Notes under the pieces: generated by a model | Databases searched by the model: none | What the model was told of the DNA's origin: nothing | Seen by the model: the letters and a program-made list of their open reading frames with translations, nothing else | Shown here: positions 47,462 through 57,648 of the stretch, piece after piece | How positions within the stretch are numbered: position 1 is the stretch's first letter | Layout: the number at the start of each line of letters is the position of its first letter | Made by a program: the position numbers and the translations under genes | Source: an uncultured Bacteroidota bacterium | GTDB taxonomy: Bacteria; Bacteroidota; Rhodothermia; Rhodothermales; UBA10348 | NCBI GenBank assembly: GCA_937877085.1 | Contig: CALEEY010000207.1 | Span: 1-62,973 of the forward strand | DNA length: 62,973 nt | Reading direction: 5' to 3'

Positions 47462-47578
47462 ATGCAAAAAGTAAACCTGGCTCGCAAATTGGAGCTAATT
47501 GACGAATATTGGTCTCCGGCCATTGTGGGGGAATTAAACGGCCAACACGTAAAACAGGAAAAACCAAAACCCACCTGA
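47462..47578 (+). pseudogene. Remnant of a small cupin-domain gene (N-terminal ~31 codons only)
   Basis: My translation is MQKVNLARKLELIDEYWSPAIVGELNGQHVK|QEKPKPT*. The first 31 aa resemble the conserved N-terminus of ~110-aa cupin proteins (..NL..K...I.E.WSPKI.GELNGQ.VK). The metal-binding beta-barrel part is missing. Confidence 0.5.
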
Positions 47579-47599
47579 AACGAATCTAGCGCCACCTAC

Positions 47600-48676
47600 A
47601 TGAACCGCCCTACATCACCTGTTTTATTACTATTGGCCTTCGCTTGTATTTTGGTGGCCTTCCGCCCTATTCCGGTTATGGACCCCCCATTTAGTGGTAC
47701 CATTTTCATTGATCCAGATATTATTACTTCTGCAGACCCTTCCACTTTTCAAAATGTGACCTATGCAGGTAGGGGCATGCGCCAAATGTATGATCGGCGA
47801 GTGAATAACTGGATTCAGAACAACGCTATTTTGTTTATGGCGAAATTTGACGACGGGCTAGAAATAGAAGTACAGGTAAATTCTGAGTTTGGAAATGAAA
47901 ATGCGGCATCCGTTGAAGCGACAACTTACGCTTTGGAAGTAGGCCGCCTTCCAAACGCACTTCGAAAGGACGTTCAGACCATGTGGATACACAAAGGTGT
48001 CCAGCCTTTTGGAGGCGGAAATCACAACATTCTTATTCATACCGGACAAGCAGCCAACTACATTGCCGATGGAATTCTAGAAGAAACGCTCGTTCATGAA
48101 GCATCCCATACATCACTGGATGCTGGCCATGCTTCGGCTGCCGGTTGGTTAGCGGCCCAAACTGCAGATCCTGAATTTATATCAACCTATGCCAGGGACA
48201 ATCCGACCAGAGAAGATGTGGCTGAGAGCTTTTTAACCTATTTGGCCGTTCGTCACCGGGCAGATCGAATTAGCCCCACCCTTAAAAACACGATAGAACA
48301 GGCCATTCCAAACCGAATAGCCTATTTCGATTCAATACATTTGAATTTATATCCGATTACTACGGCTACTAATTTGGAGAAGATTAATGAAGTGCCAAGT
48401 GGGATCATTTTGTATCAAAACTACCCCAATCCCCTTCAGAATGGCACCACCATTTCTTTTGATCTCGAAAAACCTTCTGCCGTATCGCTACGCATTACCA
48501 ACCTCTTGGGACAAGAGATAACCACGCTTTCCAAACCGTTTGTGGAAGCCGGTAATCATCAGTTTGAATGGGATGGGCGAGGCCGAGATGGAAGCCCCGT
48601 AAGCAACGGCACATACATATATCAGATCGAAATACCCGTTTCAAGGATCACAAAATCGCTGACGGTAGTACACTAG
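47600..48676 (+). CDS. Secreted HExxH (putative zinc metallopeptidase-like) protein with a T9SS C-terminal sorting domain
   Basis: LVHEASHTSLD motif. The C-terminal ~80 aa (LYQNYPNPLQNGTTISF......G.Y.Y.I) resemble the Por/T9SS CTD. Confidence 0.7.
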   Translation: MNRPTSPVLLLLAFACILVAFRPIPVMDPPFSGTIFIDPDIITSADPSTFQNVTYAGRGMRQMYDRRVNNWIQNNAILFMAKFDDGLEIEVQVNSEFGNENAASVEATTYALEVGRLPNALRKDVQTMWIHKGVQPFGGGNHNILIHTGQAANYIADGILEETLVHEASHTSLDAGHASAAGWLAAQTADPEFISTYARDNPTREDVAESFLTYLAVRHRADRISPTLKNTIEQAIPNRIAYFDSIHLNLYPITTATNLEKINEVPSGIILYQNYPNPLQNGTTISFDLEKPSAVSLRITNLLGQEITTLSKPFVEAGNHQFEWDGRGRDGSPVSNGTYIYQIEIPVSRITKSLTVVH

Positions 48677-48708
48677 ATTCTGAACTACTAACGCTAACCC
48701 GAGAGCCC

Positions 48709-49860
48709 ATGATCAAGCGTGTGACCTTTTTTTGCATTTTTAGCCTTTGTGCCGTCTTAACCCAGTCGTTGATGGCCCAAACTTCTGCCCAAAAGTCTAC
48801 TCTGTACGACTACCATGCTGTGACCTATGCCACGGGTCTAGAAAATGTATGGGGAATGACTTTTTTACCCAATGGAGACCTGCTAGTAACCGAACGCCCA
48901 GGTCGCCTTCGGATTATTCGAAAGGGGATTTTGCTCAAAGATGCCGTTAAAGGTACTCCCGATGTGTTCTCTCGCGGACAGGGTGGCCTGTTAGATGTTA
49001 CGCTCCATCCAAATTTTGCCTCGAATCACTTCATTTATTTCTCCTATTCCAAACCACTGGAAGAAGGGTCAACGACGGCCGTAGCCCGCGGCAAGTTTGA
49101 AAATGACACGATTACTGGGCTACAGGATATTTTTGTGGCCGACACCAAAGGTGGAGGCCACTATGGCTCTCGACTGGTGTTCGACAACGACGGATACTTA
49201 TTTGTAACTGTTGGGGATCGTCAAGCACCACCGAAAGGAGACCTTGCCTCCCACCCCGCCCAAGATATTTCTAATCATCACGGCACGGTCAATCGTTTGT
49301 TTGATGATGGCAGAATTCCTCCGGACAATCCTTTTGTAGGACGATCAGGCGCTAAACCTTCGATTTGGTCTTATGGACACAGAAATCCTCAAGGTTTGAC
49401 CATTAACCGCGCAACGGGTGAAATCTGGGAAACGGAACATGGTCCTCAAGGAGGAGACGAACTGAATCTGATCAGAAAGGGCGTCAATTACGGCTGGCCT
49501 GTTATTGGTCAAGGCGTTAATTATGGTGGAGCGGTCCTTCATGCTTCAACCCGAAAAGCGGGTATGGAGCCGCCCGTTCATTTTTGGGTCCCCTCCATTG
49601 CCACGGCCGGCGCTCTTTTTTATACCGGCGATAAATTCCCCAAATGGAAGGGAAATATCTTTGTCGGAGGGATGGTCGGGCAACAAGTAGCCAGAGTAAC
49701 AATGGACGGAAATAAGTCCGTATCTGAAGAGACTCTTTTTTCTGGTGAAGGTCGGATTCGAGCCATTAGTCAAGGCCCTGATGGATATATCTATCTAGGA
49801 ATTGACGGCGCTGCCGACAAGCCGGGGATTATCCGACTAGAGCCTACGAAGGCCCATTAA
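48709..49860 (+). CDS. PQQ-dependent sugar dehydrogenase (soluble aldose/sorbosone dehydrogenase type)
   Basis: Start trimmed to MIKRVTFFCIF (signal). LPNGDLLVTERPGRLRI, GGLLDV.LHP, HYGSRLVFD, GHRNPQGL, and the E.GP.GGDELN pattern. Confidence 0.8.
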   Translation: MIKRVTFFCIFSLCAVLTQSLMAQTSAQKSTLYDYHAVTYATGLENVWGMTFLPNGDLLVTERPGRLRIIRKGILLKDAVKGTPDVFSRGQGGLLDVTLHPNFASNHFIYFSYSKPLEEGSTTAVARGKFENDTITGLQDIFVADTKGGGHYGSRLVFDNDGYLFVTVGDRQAPPKGDLASHPAQDISNHHGTVNRLFDDGRIPPDNPFVGRSGAKPSIWSYGHRNPQGLTINRATGEIWETEHGPQGGDELNLIRKGVNYGWPVIGQGVNYGGAVLHASTRKAGMEPPVHFWVPSIATAGALFYTGDKFPKWKGNIFVGGMVGQQVARVTMDGNKSVSEETLFSGEGRIRAISQGPDGYIYLGIDGAADKPGIIRLEPTKAH

Positions 49861-49926
49861 ACCAGATTTCCCAGAAGCCAGATAGACGTTGAGGCACGGA
49901 CCAGCCACGCCTGGGTTCGGCCGCGT

Positions 49927-51069
49927 CTATTCGTTTAAAAACGCCGTCATCGCGTCGACACCCTGATACCCCACCAATCGGCCCGTTATTTCGCCCGATG
50001 GTGTCATTTTTATCATGGTCGGGTATCCTTTTACCTCAAACCGCTTGACGATTTCTGGGAAATCGTCGCCATCGACTTTGACTGAAATCAGAGCGGCGGA
50101 TGCTTCTACCACCGTATCGGCCGTGTAAACCCATTCTTCCATCGTTGCGCAAGGTCCGCACCATACCGTTTCAAAATCGATAAATAGTGCCTTTCCAGCA
50201 GATTTAGCCTCCTTTTCAGCTGCTTCGAAGTTCTCTCGAAAGACAACCGAATTCCCAGAATGCGGGGCTTGCCTGTCGACTGCCAACTGATCGTCATCCA
50301 ATAATTCCTGAGCACGGGTAACACCCGGATCCACTGGTTCCAAATAAACCGTACGGCCATTGGGATGCACTTCGGCCAACCGATAGGCTTTGTCTCCCAG
50401 CCAGGCATGCCTTCTCCCCGGACGATCCTCCTGATACTTGAAGATGCTTTCAAAGGAATCGGGAAGCGCCAGCGTCCAAGAGTCCTCGAGGGTGTAGAGG
50501 CCGTCCACTGCACTCTCGGAAAGGCGAATGTGCGCTTCTATCCCATCCACGTTTACCCGTCCCTGCATCCAGCCCCTACGCGAAAACCGTAAAATGGGCT
50601 CCGTTATCTCTCCTTCTCGCATGTGTTCAACATACCAGAGGGCCATGGGATAGGGGTTGATGGTCTCTTCTTGTGTCAACGTATCCGTAACCGCTACAAA
50701 GACAGTGGTACTAAAGCTAGACCACATACTATACCGAGTCTCCGAAGGAGTCGTCGTCAGGTTTTCGAGTGAATCCTGTACGCCGTCCCGGTTAGCATCT
50801 ACCCAAAGTCTGTCGTAATACGTGGCCCCTTCACTTTTTTCAAGCCGGACGGTGAACGGCGAGGTGCCCGGGCTCCCCAGCAAATAGGACCCTTCGAGCG
50901 CATTCCCAACCATCTCCAACGGGATTTGCTCTCCTTTGGGGCTCCATTTGAGGTTGTAGCCTCCATTCAAATCCCCTGGTTCAAGGATAGCTTTGATCCT
51001 CGAATCGGAGGGGGCCGAACAGCCAGCGATGGAGACGATGAGAACAAAAACTAGATGGCGAAAAGACAT
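49927..51069 (-). CDS. Lipoprotein with a C-terminal thioredoxin-like domain
   Basis: Start trimmed to MSFRHLVFVLIVSIAGC (lipobox). C-terminal ALFIDFETVWCGPC active-site motif. Confidence 0.65.
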   Translation of the reverse strand: MSFRHLVFVLIVSIAGCSAPSDSRIKAILEPGDLNGGYNLKWSPKGEQIPLEMVGNALEGSYLLGSPGTSPFTVRLEKSEGATYYDRLWVDANRDGVQDSLENLTTTPSETRYSMWSSFSTTVFVAVTDTLTQEETINPYPMALWYVEHMREGEITEPILRFSRRGWMQGRVNVDGIEAHIRLSESAVDGLYTLEDSWTLALPDSFESIFKYQEDRPGRRHAWLGDKAYRLAEVHPNGRTVYLEPVDPGVTRAQELLDDDQLAVDRQAPHSGNSVVFRENFEAAEKEAKSAGKALFIDFETVWCGPCATMEEWVYTADTVVEASAALISVKVDGDDFPEIVKRFEVKGYPTMIKMTPSGEITGRLVGYQGVDAMTAFLNE

Positions 51070-51170
51070 AAGCGGTTCGAGAGTCAAAATACCTTGGTGT
51101 AAGGGCAACATACTAGGCCAAATGCGCATTGAACGGTTGCTATTCGTTCATCAATTTGTGCAGGCTTCAG

Positions 51171-52928
51171 ATGTTATCTTTTTCAAATCAGGGCAAGATA
51201 GCCACATTTATTTTAACGGGCTTACTGGGCGCTGCCCTTGGCGCCTGCTCCGGATTTGGAGTGGGATCTTCACCCACCGCGGGAATCGCGTCCAACGTAA
51301 GAAACGCCTATTCCGGAGAGCGGGCGCTCGAAACGGTCGCCTTTCTCGATCAACACGTTCGGTGGCCTGGAAACGAGGGTTTCGATGCATCTATTGAACA
51401 CGTTGCCTCAGAATTGGCCAACGCTGGTTTCGTACCCGAGGAAAGCGCTTCTGCGTCCGATAGAATGACCTTTCGTATTGAAAAATACCCAATGAATCGG
51501 TCGGCTTGGCAACCTGTCCAGGCAACGGTGCAAATTTTGGGTGATTCTGAGGCCCTTTTGGACCTGACTTCCAACCGAAACATGTTGGCTACCAACTCCT
51601 TTTCGACCGTCGGTGGCGCAGTAACAGGTATCGTAGTTGACGCAGGTGACGGTTCCGAGCAAGCCGTTCAGGGCCTCGACCTAAAAGGAAAAATCGTGCT
51701 TGTAGAAGGACCAATCTCGCGCACCTTTCAATGGGCCGTAGTGGAGCAAGGGGCCCTCGGTATGCTGGCCTATGCTCTCCCCGACTACCTTCAACCCGAC
51801 AAAAATAAACATTCTATTCAGTTCAAAAATATTCCATTGGACGAAAAAGCGGCTTCTTGGGGCATAAATTTGTCCAAAAGTGCTTTAGATCGCTTGCGGG
51901 ATGCAATGACGCATGGCGAAGTCCAGTTGAGCGTCCAAACGCAGGTCAAATGGACACCGGAGGCCATTGAACAAACGGTCGTAGCCGATATCAAGGGTAG
52001 TCAGGTTCCGGATGAGCGTTTTGTATTCAGCGCCCACGTCCAAGAGCCCGGGGCAAATGACAACGCTTCGGGAGTCGGAGCGCAGGTTGAAATGGCCCGC
52101 GTCGCTGCCGAAATGGTCCGAAACGGCCAAGTAGATCCCAAGCGAACCATATCCTTTATTTGGGGAGACGAAATTCGGTCGACCAATCGGTATGTGACGG
52201 GGGACTCTGTGCGGGCGGAAGGCATTTTATGGGGTATGTCGCTAGATATGGTTGGCGAGGATACCGAAAAAACGGGTGGCACCTTTTTGATTGAAAAAAT
52301 GCCCGACCCTTCCGCCATTTGGACGCGCGGGGAAGAAAAGCATACGGAATGGGGCGGTCGGCCACTGTCAAAAGAAGATATGACCCCCCATTACTTCAAT
52401 GATCTTGTCTTAAACCGGGCCCTAGAACAGGCAGCCACCAATGGATGGGTTGTAAAAACCAATCCTTTTGAAGGCGGAAGCGATCACGTGCCCTTTTTGA
52501 GAGCCGATATTCCCGGACTGTTGCTTTGGCACTTTACCGACCAATTTTATCATACCGATCGGGACCGATTGGAGATGGTTTCGGCAGCCGAATTGAAGAA
52601 TGTCGGAGTTATGGCGTTGGTAACAGCCCTCGGATTGACTACGGCCGACGAAGCTATGGCCGTATCGTTCGTTGAGGAAGTCCAACATGCGGCCATTGCA
52701 CGACTTCAAACCGAGTTTGCATTGGGCAAAATTGCCCTCGATTCCGGCGGCGATGTGGTCATGGAAGAGGATATTTTGGCGACATGGAAAGGCTGGTATG
52801 AAGCGGCTTTGACTTCCATGGTCGATATTCAGGTTGGAGGAGCTTCGGAACCGACCCTTGAGGCCATTGAAAATGCTAAAACCAGGTTAAATGAAGCGTT
52901 TTTGGATCTAAGTTTCTCAAAGAACTAG
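51171..52928 (+). CDS. M28-family aminopeptidase with a PA domain (lipoprotein signal)
   Basis: Start trimmed to MLSFSNQGKIATFILTGLLGAALGAC. SAHVQEPGANDNASGVGAQVE metal-binding region. PA-like GKIVLVEGP. Confidence 0.8.
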   Translation: MLSFSNQGKIATFILTGLLGAALGACSGFGVGSSPTAGIASNVRNAYSGERALETVAFLDQHVRWPGNEGFDASIEHVASELANAGFVPEESASASDRMTFRIEKYPMNRSAWQPVQATVQILGDSEALLDLTSNRNMLATNSFSTVGGAVTGIVVDAGDGSEQAVQGLDLKGKIVLVEGPISRTFQWAVVEQGALGMLAYALPDYLQPDKNKHSIQFKNIPLDEKAASWGINLSKSALDRLRDAMTHGEVQLSVQTQVKWTPEAIEQTVVADIKGSQVPDERFVFSAHVQEPGANDNASGVGAQVEMARVAAEMVRNGQVDPKRTISFIWGDEIRSTNRYVTGDSVRAEGILWGMSLDMVGEDTEKTGGTFLIEKMPDPSAIWTRGEEKHTEWGGRPLSKEDMTPHYFNDLVLNRALEQAATNGWVVKTNPFEGGSDHVPFLRADIPGLLLWHFTDQFYHTDRDRLEMVSAAELKNVGVMALVTALGLTTADEAMAVSFVEEVQHAAIARLQTEFALGKIALDSGGDVVMEEDILATWKGWYEAALTSMVDIQVGGASEPTLEAIENAKTRLNEAFLDLSFSKN

Positions 52929-52947
52929 TAACCGTTTAGTTGAAAAT

Positions 52948-54777
52948 ATGACAAGTAAATTAAGTTTGATTTTTGTCGCGCTGCTTTTTGGAGTGCTAAT
53001 GGTCGTTCAAAAAGACGCCTGCGCGCAGACCAAGCCTGCCCAAACCAAGCCTGTTTTTGAGGATGGCCAGGCCCAAATAGTCGATGGGTTTAGTGACAGC
53101 TCGAAATGGGTACGTGAGGAATTGTGGGTCGAAACTGAATTTGATTCAGATGGCGATGGCAAACTAGACCGCGTCCACGTGGCGGTGGTTCGCCAATCGC
53201 AAACCGATTCGGAGGGTTTAAAGGTACCGGTCGTGTACGGTTCTAGCCCCTATTTCGCGGGCACTTCGGGATCTCCCGATTACTTGTGGAACGTGAAGCA
53301 GGAAGTGGGAGCGGACTCTCCTCCGCGCACCAATCAGCCACATCCTCCGTTTGGCAAGACTCCGCCGGGTATTTCGAACGGATTGGTTGATACGTGGGTA
53401 CCCCGCGGATTCGCCGTCGTGCATTCGGAGTCGCCAGGTACGGGATTGTCGGAAGGCTGTCCCACGGTGGGCGCTATGAACGAATCTCTCGCGCCAAAGG
53501 CCGTTATAGACTGGCTGAACGGGCGAGCAAAGGGATATCGGACGGTCGATGGCCAAGAGGCCGTGACCGCACCTTGGTCCACTGGAAAAGTTGGAATGAC
53601 AGGCACCTCGTACGAGGGCACGCTTCCTCTAGCTGCGGCTACTACCGGGGTTGAAGGGTTGGAGGCCATTATCCCTATCGCACCCAACACCTCTTATTGG
53701 CATTATTACCGCTCGAATGGATTGGTTCGGCACCCCGGTGGCTGGCTAGGTGAAGACATCGATTTCCTTTATGATTTTATCCATAGTCGGGATTCGGACC
53801 GTCGGGAATACTGCAATTCGACGGTGCGGGATGGCGAAATGGCGGCCGGACGGGACCGTAAAACAGGAGACTACAACGATTTTTGGGCCGGACGGGACTA
53901 CATAAACGTCGTAAAAAACGTTAAAGCAGCTGTTTTGATGGCACACGCATTTAACGATTGGAACGTGGTTCCAGAGCATAGCACCCGCATTGTAGAAGCG
54001 CTCAAAGGCAGGGTCCCCGTCCAGCAATACTACCATCAAGGGGGACACGGCGGCGATCCACCAATGATTATGATGAACCGTTGGTTCACCCGGTATCTAT
54101 ATGGAATCGAGAATGGCGTTGAAAACGATCCAAAAGCGTGGATTGTTAGAGAAGGAGCCGATCGGCAAGAGCCCACTCCGTATGCCGATTACCCCAATCC
54201 TGACGCTCAAAAGGTGACGTTGTATCCCACAGCTGGCGGTCTGCAATCGGGGATGCTATCCGCCGAAAAGTCCGGCGGCCAGGGCAAAGAAACACTAGTG
54301 GACAATGTGTCTTTTTCGGGTCAGGTATTAGCCAGCGCTGAAAACACGGACCATCGACTGCTGTATACAACGACGGCGCTAACATCCGATGTTCACCTTT
54401 CGGGTACTGCTAGGGTAAATATTCGACTGGCTTCGAGCAAGCCGGCGGCCAATCTATCCGTGTGGTTAGTGTCCTTGCCGTGGGTTGAAGGGCGCCGACC
54501 GCAGGGAGGCGTCATTACACGCGGTTGGGCAGACCCTCAGAACTATAAATCGTTAACGGAAAGCGAGCCGCTAAACCCTGGACAGTTTTACTTGATGTCC
54601 TTTAATCTCCAACCGGATGATCAAGTCATTGCCGCGGGACAGAAAATCGGATTGATGATCATGTCTAGCGATCGCGACTTTACGCTCTGGCCGACTCCAG
54701 GTACGGAATTGACCATCGATTTGGATGCCACATCCATTGAACTCCCGATTGTGGGGGGCAAAGCGGCCCTCAAATAA
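52948..54777 (+). CDS. S15-family Xaa-Pro dipeptidyl-peptidase (PepX/CocE-NonD type)
   Basis: Signal peptide, GKVGMTGTSYEGT nucleophile motif, and a C-terminal beta-sandwich-length extension. Confidence 0.8.
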   Translation: MTSKLSLIFVALLFGVLMVVQKDACAQTKPAQTKPVFEDGQAQIVDGFSDSSKWVREELWVETEFDSDGDGKLDRVHVAVVRQSQTDSEGLKVPVVYGSSPYFAGTSGSPDYLWNVKQEVGADSPPRTNQPHPPFGKTPPGISNGLVDTWVPRGFAVVHSESPGTGLSEGCPTVGAMNESLAPKAVIDWLNGRAKGYRTVDGQEAVTAPWSTGKVGMTGTSYEGTLPLAAATTGVEGLEAIIPIAPNTSYWHYYRSNGLVRHPGGWLGEDIDFLYDFIHSRDSDRREYCNSTVRDGEMAAGRDRKTGDYNDFWAGRDYINVVKNVKAAVLMAHAFNDWNVVPEHSTRIVEALKGRVPVQQYYHQGGHGGDPPMIMMNRWFTRYLYGIENGVENDPKAWIVREGADRQEPTPYADYPNPDAQKVTLYPTAGGLQSGMLSAEKSGGQGKETLVDNVSFSGQVLASAENTDHRLLYTTTALTSDVHLSGTARVNIRLASSKPAANLSVWLVSLPWVEGRRPQGGVITRGWADPQNYKSLTESEPLNPGQFYLMSFNLQPDDQVIAAGQKIGLMIMSSDRDFTLWPTPGTELTIDLDATSIELPIVGGKAALK

Positions 54778-54812
54778 GCCCGGTTTGGGGTCTCATAAGG
54801 TACTTTTAAGAC

Positions 54813-54844
54813 GCGGGGCGCCAGCATATATGCTGGCGCCCCGC
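54813..54844 (+). terminator. Perfect 32-nt palindrome between convergent genes: intrinsic terminator (mainly for the plus strand)
   Basis: gcggggcgccagcata|tatgctggcgccccgc followed by TTGCTTTTGTT. On the minus strand the trailing sequence is U-poor. Confidence 0.85.
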
Positions 54845-54928
54845 TTGCTTTTGTTACCAACGGCCGCAAACCCATTCGGCGTCTAGTCCCCGCGCAATCA
54901 GCGTGACGTGAGCGGCTTTATCGGCGTA

Positions 54929-56473
54929 TTATTTCTTTTCAAAGCTGACCTTTCCGCTCAGCACATCTTCCCACCTGAGCGGGTCTGTTTTCACGAAAGG
55001 CTTTCTTTCAGTGGGAATGAAACCGGCCATTTCTGCTTTCCATGATGCCTGATCGGCGTTTCCAGCGAGGTTGGTCCATTCATTAGGGTCCGATTTCAGG
55101 TCGTACAGTTCCTCTTCGACACCGTTGTACTGGATGTAATGCCATCCGTTATACATCACCGAATATTTGTCATCATCCAAGGAGGAAACCACGGGGTAAT
55201 TCCACTCGGCGTCCGGATTCGTCAAAAGAGGGATCAAACTCCTTCCCGAAACGCCGTCTTTGGGTGGCAGACCAACCAATTCGGTCAACGTGGGGAAAAC
55301 ATCCACCAGAGACACGTTTCCATCGCTCACTCCCCCCACATAGCTACCAGAGGGTAAACCAGGAATGCCCGGTGGGACTTTCACCATCAAAACGGTATTT
55401 AAAACGTCTTCCCACAACGAAAACTTGCGCCAGTGCTCCTTTTCGCCCAGTTGCCATCCATGGTCGGAAAAAATGACAACGATGGTGTTGTCTGCATATT
55501 CGCTAGCAGCCAGATCTTGCAGCAGCTTCCCAACGAGTTCATCTGCGTAATTGATGGAAGCGAGGTACCCTTGGACGGCCTGTTTCCACAATCCGGCTTC
55601 CAAAACTTTCTCATGGTACATATTCCGTGCGACGCGCTGACCTAATGGTGGAACGTCGTCCAAATCGTTTTCCATTACTAAGGGTAGCTGAATGGACTCC
55701 AAAGGAAACTTGTCAAAGTATTTCTGTGGGACATACCAGGGTAGGTGCGGCCGATAGATGCCGGCTGCCAAGAAGAAAGGTTTGTCGTGCTTCTTTTTTA
55801 GCTGTTCAGAAATCCATTGCACGGAGGAATAGTCTCCCGTCTCCTCTGTTTCTACCGGAAGTGGGGCAAAGTCAAAGGCAATATAGCTACCTTTAAAGGG
55901 CGGCATAACCATGGTCACGCCATCAGGATCGTCTTCACGAATTTCGTTATCGGTGAGCGCAAATCGCTTGACCCCCGTTGCGGGATCTTGTACCGGGAGG
56001 TAGTAATCAGGCAGTTGCTTAATGCGATCTGGAAAATTATCGTCCCAAGAACGGGGATCGGGCATGTTGGCGTGAAATATTTTCCCCGCACTGACCGAAT
56101 AGTACCCAGATTCTCTAAAATATTCCGGCAGCACGACCTCATCGCCCACAACGTGACGCCAGATTTGAGGATTGGTATACAGCCCTGTCTCCCACGGCAT
56201 GCGGCCCGTCATCATAGCCGTTCTGGATGGATTACACGAAGGCGAAACCGTATAGGAATGGCGAAATGTAACGGCTTCTTTAGCAAAGGACGCCAAATTC
56301 GGTGTTTGAGCCTGTGGATGTCCGCCCAGCGGCTCAATCCAATTGTTCATATCATCGATTGAAATCAGGAGCACGTTGGGCCGGTCAAGCGCCTGTGGCT
56401 GTGGGTCGCCACAAGAGGCCAACCACACCATGCACATTAACGGGGTCAGATAATGGCAGAATTTCGATCTCAT
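54929..56473 (-). CDS. Sulfatase (formylglycine-dependent arylsulfatase family)
   Basis: SIDDMN metal site and the CxPxR motif in SPSCNPSRTAMMTGR. Signal/lipobox ..WLASC. Confidence 0.9.
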   Translation of the reverse strand: MRSKFCHYLTPLMCMVWLASCGDPQPQALDRPNVLLISIDDMNNWIEPLGGHPQAQTPNLASFAKEAVTFRHSYTVSPSCNPSRTAMMTGRMPWETGLYTNPQIWRHVVGDEVVLPEYFRESGYYSVSAGKIFHANMPDPRSWDDNFPDRIKQLPDYYLPVQDPATGVKRFALTDNEIREDDPDGVTMVMPPFKGSYIAFDFAPLPVETEETGDYSSVQWISEQLKKKHDKPFFLAAGIYRPHLPWYVPQKYFDKFPLESIQLPLVMENDLDDVPPLGQRVARNMYHEKVLEAGLWKQAVQGYLASINYADELVGKLLQDLAASEYADNTIVVIFSDHGWQLGEKEHWRKFSLWEDVLNTVLMVKVPPGIPGLPSGSYVGGVSDGNVSLVDVFPTLTELVGLPPKDGVSGRSLIPLLTNPDAEWNYPVVSSLDDDKYSVMYNGWHYIQYNGVEEELYDLKSDPNEWTNLAGNADQASWKAEMAGFIPTERKPFVKTDPLRWEDVLSGKVSFEKK

Positions 56474-56607
56474 AAGGATGGGAAATTGGTAAGCGAATCA
56501 GATATCTTACGATACGAAGCTGGCAGGGTAACTAAAACTACAAATACCTGTCGGCAACCGAAATATCCCGTCGCCACACGGCGCCCGACTCCCTAACACC
56601 CACCGAC

Positions 56608-57648
56608 ATGCGAAGTAGCAAGGTAATTCATGTGGTCAGTTGTCATGCCGAAGGAGAAGTCGGAGATGTCATTGTTGGAGGTGTGCCCCCGCCGCCCGGA
56701 AACTCCATTTGGGATCAGCGGACATTTATTGCAGAAGATAAAACGCTGCGCAATTTTGTTCTAAATGAACCACGAGGTGGTGTTTTTAGGCATGTCAACC
56801 TGTTGGTCCCTCCTATCGATCCACGCGCTGGGATGGGCTGGATTATTATGGAACCCGAGGACACCCCGCCCATGTCAGGCTCGAATTCCATCTGTGTGGC
56901 GACCGTTCTTTTGGAAACGGGCATTCTACCGATGACTGAACCAGAAACTCATCTCGTGCTGGAAGCTCCGGGTGGTTTAGTTAAGGTCCACGCCTTTTGT
57001 AGGGACGGCAAGGCCGAAAGGATTAGAATAACCAATGTGCCGTCCTTTGTCGATAAACGGGACGCTTTTGTTGAGGTTGAAGGCCTGGGAACGCTTCGAG
57101 TAGACACCGCTTATGGTGGAGATAGCTTTGTTATTGTTGATGCAAAGGCTCTGGGATTTGATATTTCGCCAGACGAGGCCGTTGACCTAGCACAATTGGG
57201 CATGCGCATCGTGGCAGCCACCAATGCGCAGCTCGGTTTTCATCACCCAGAAAATCCGTCGTGGAATCACGTATCGTTTTGCCAGTTTGCTGGGCCGCTG
57301 CTGCGTAAGGGTAGCGTTTTGACGGGTTCCAATGCGGTCGCTATTCGGCCCGGAAAAATAGATCGTTCACCCACCGGAACAGGATGCTCCGCGCGCATGG
57401 CTCTCCTACACGCGAAAGGCCTTATGTCTTTGGGAGACAAATACATAGCGCGATCGATTATTGGATCTGAGTTTGAATGCACCATCGAAGCCCTTACCAG
57501 CGTGGGGACCTATCCAGCTATTTTTCCTACTATTATGGGACGCGCTTGGATAACTGGAACCCACCAGCATATGTTGGATCCGTCCGATCCGTGGCCCGAA
57601 GGCTACCGACTTTCCGATACCTGGCCGAATATGACCAACCCCAAATGA
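56608..57648 (+). CDS. Proline racemase-superfamily protein, probably a hydroxyproline dehydratase-type member rather than a racemase
   Basis: [22 protein letters not shown] and [15 protein letters not shown]. The positions of the two canonical catalytic Cys appear to be Ser and Thr. Confidence 0.85.
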   Translation: MRSSKVIHVVSCHAEGEVGDVIVGGVPPPPGNSIWDQRTFIAEDKTLRNFVLNEPRGGVFRHVNLLVPPIDPRAGMGWIIMEPEDTPPMSGSNSICVATVLLETGILPMTEPETHLVLEAPGGLVKVHAFCRDGKAERIRITNVPSFVDKRDAFVEVEGLGTLRVDTAYGGDSFVIVDAKALGFDISPDEAVDLAQLGMRIVAATNAQLGFHHPENPSWNHVSFCQFAGPLLRKGSVLTGSNAVAIRPGKIDRSPTGTGCSARMALLHAKGLMSLGDKYIARSIIGSEFECTIEALTSVGTYPAIFPTIMGRAWITGTHQHMLDPSDPWPEGYRLSDTWPNMTNPK

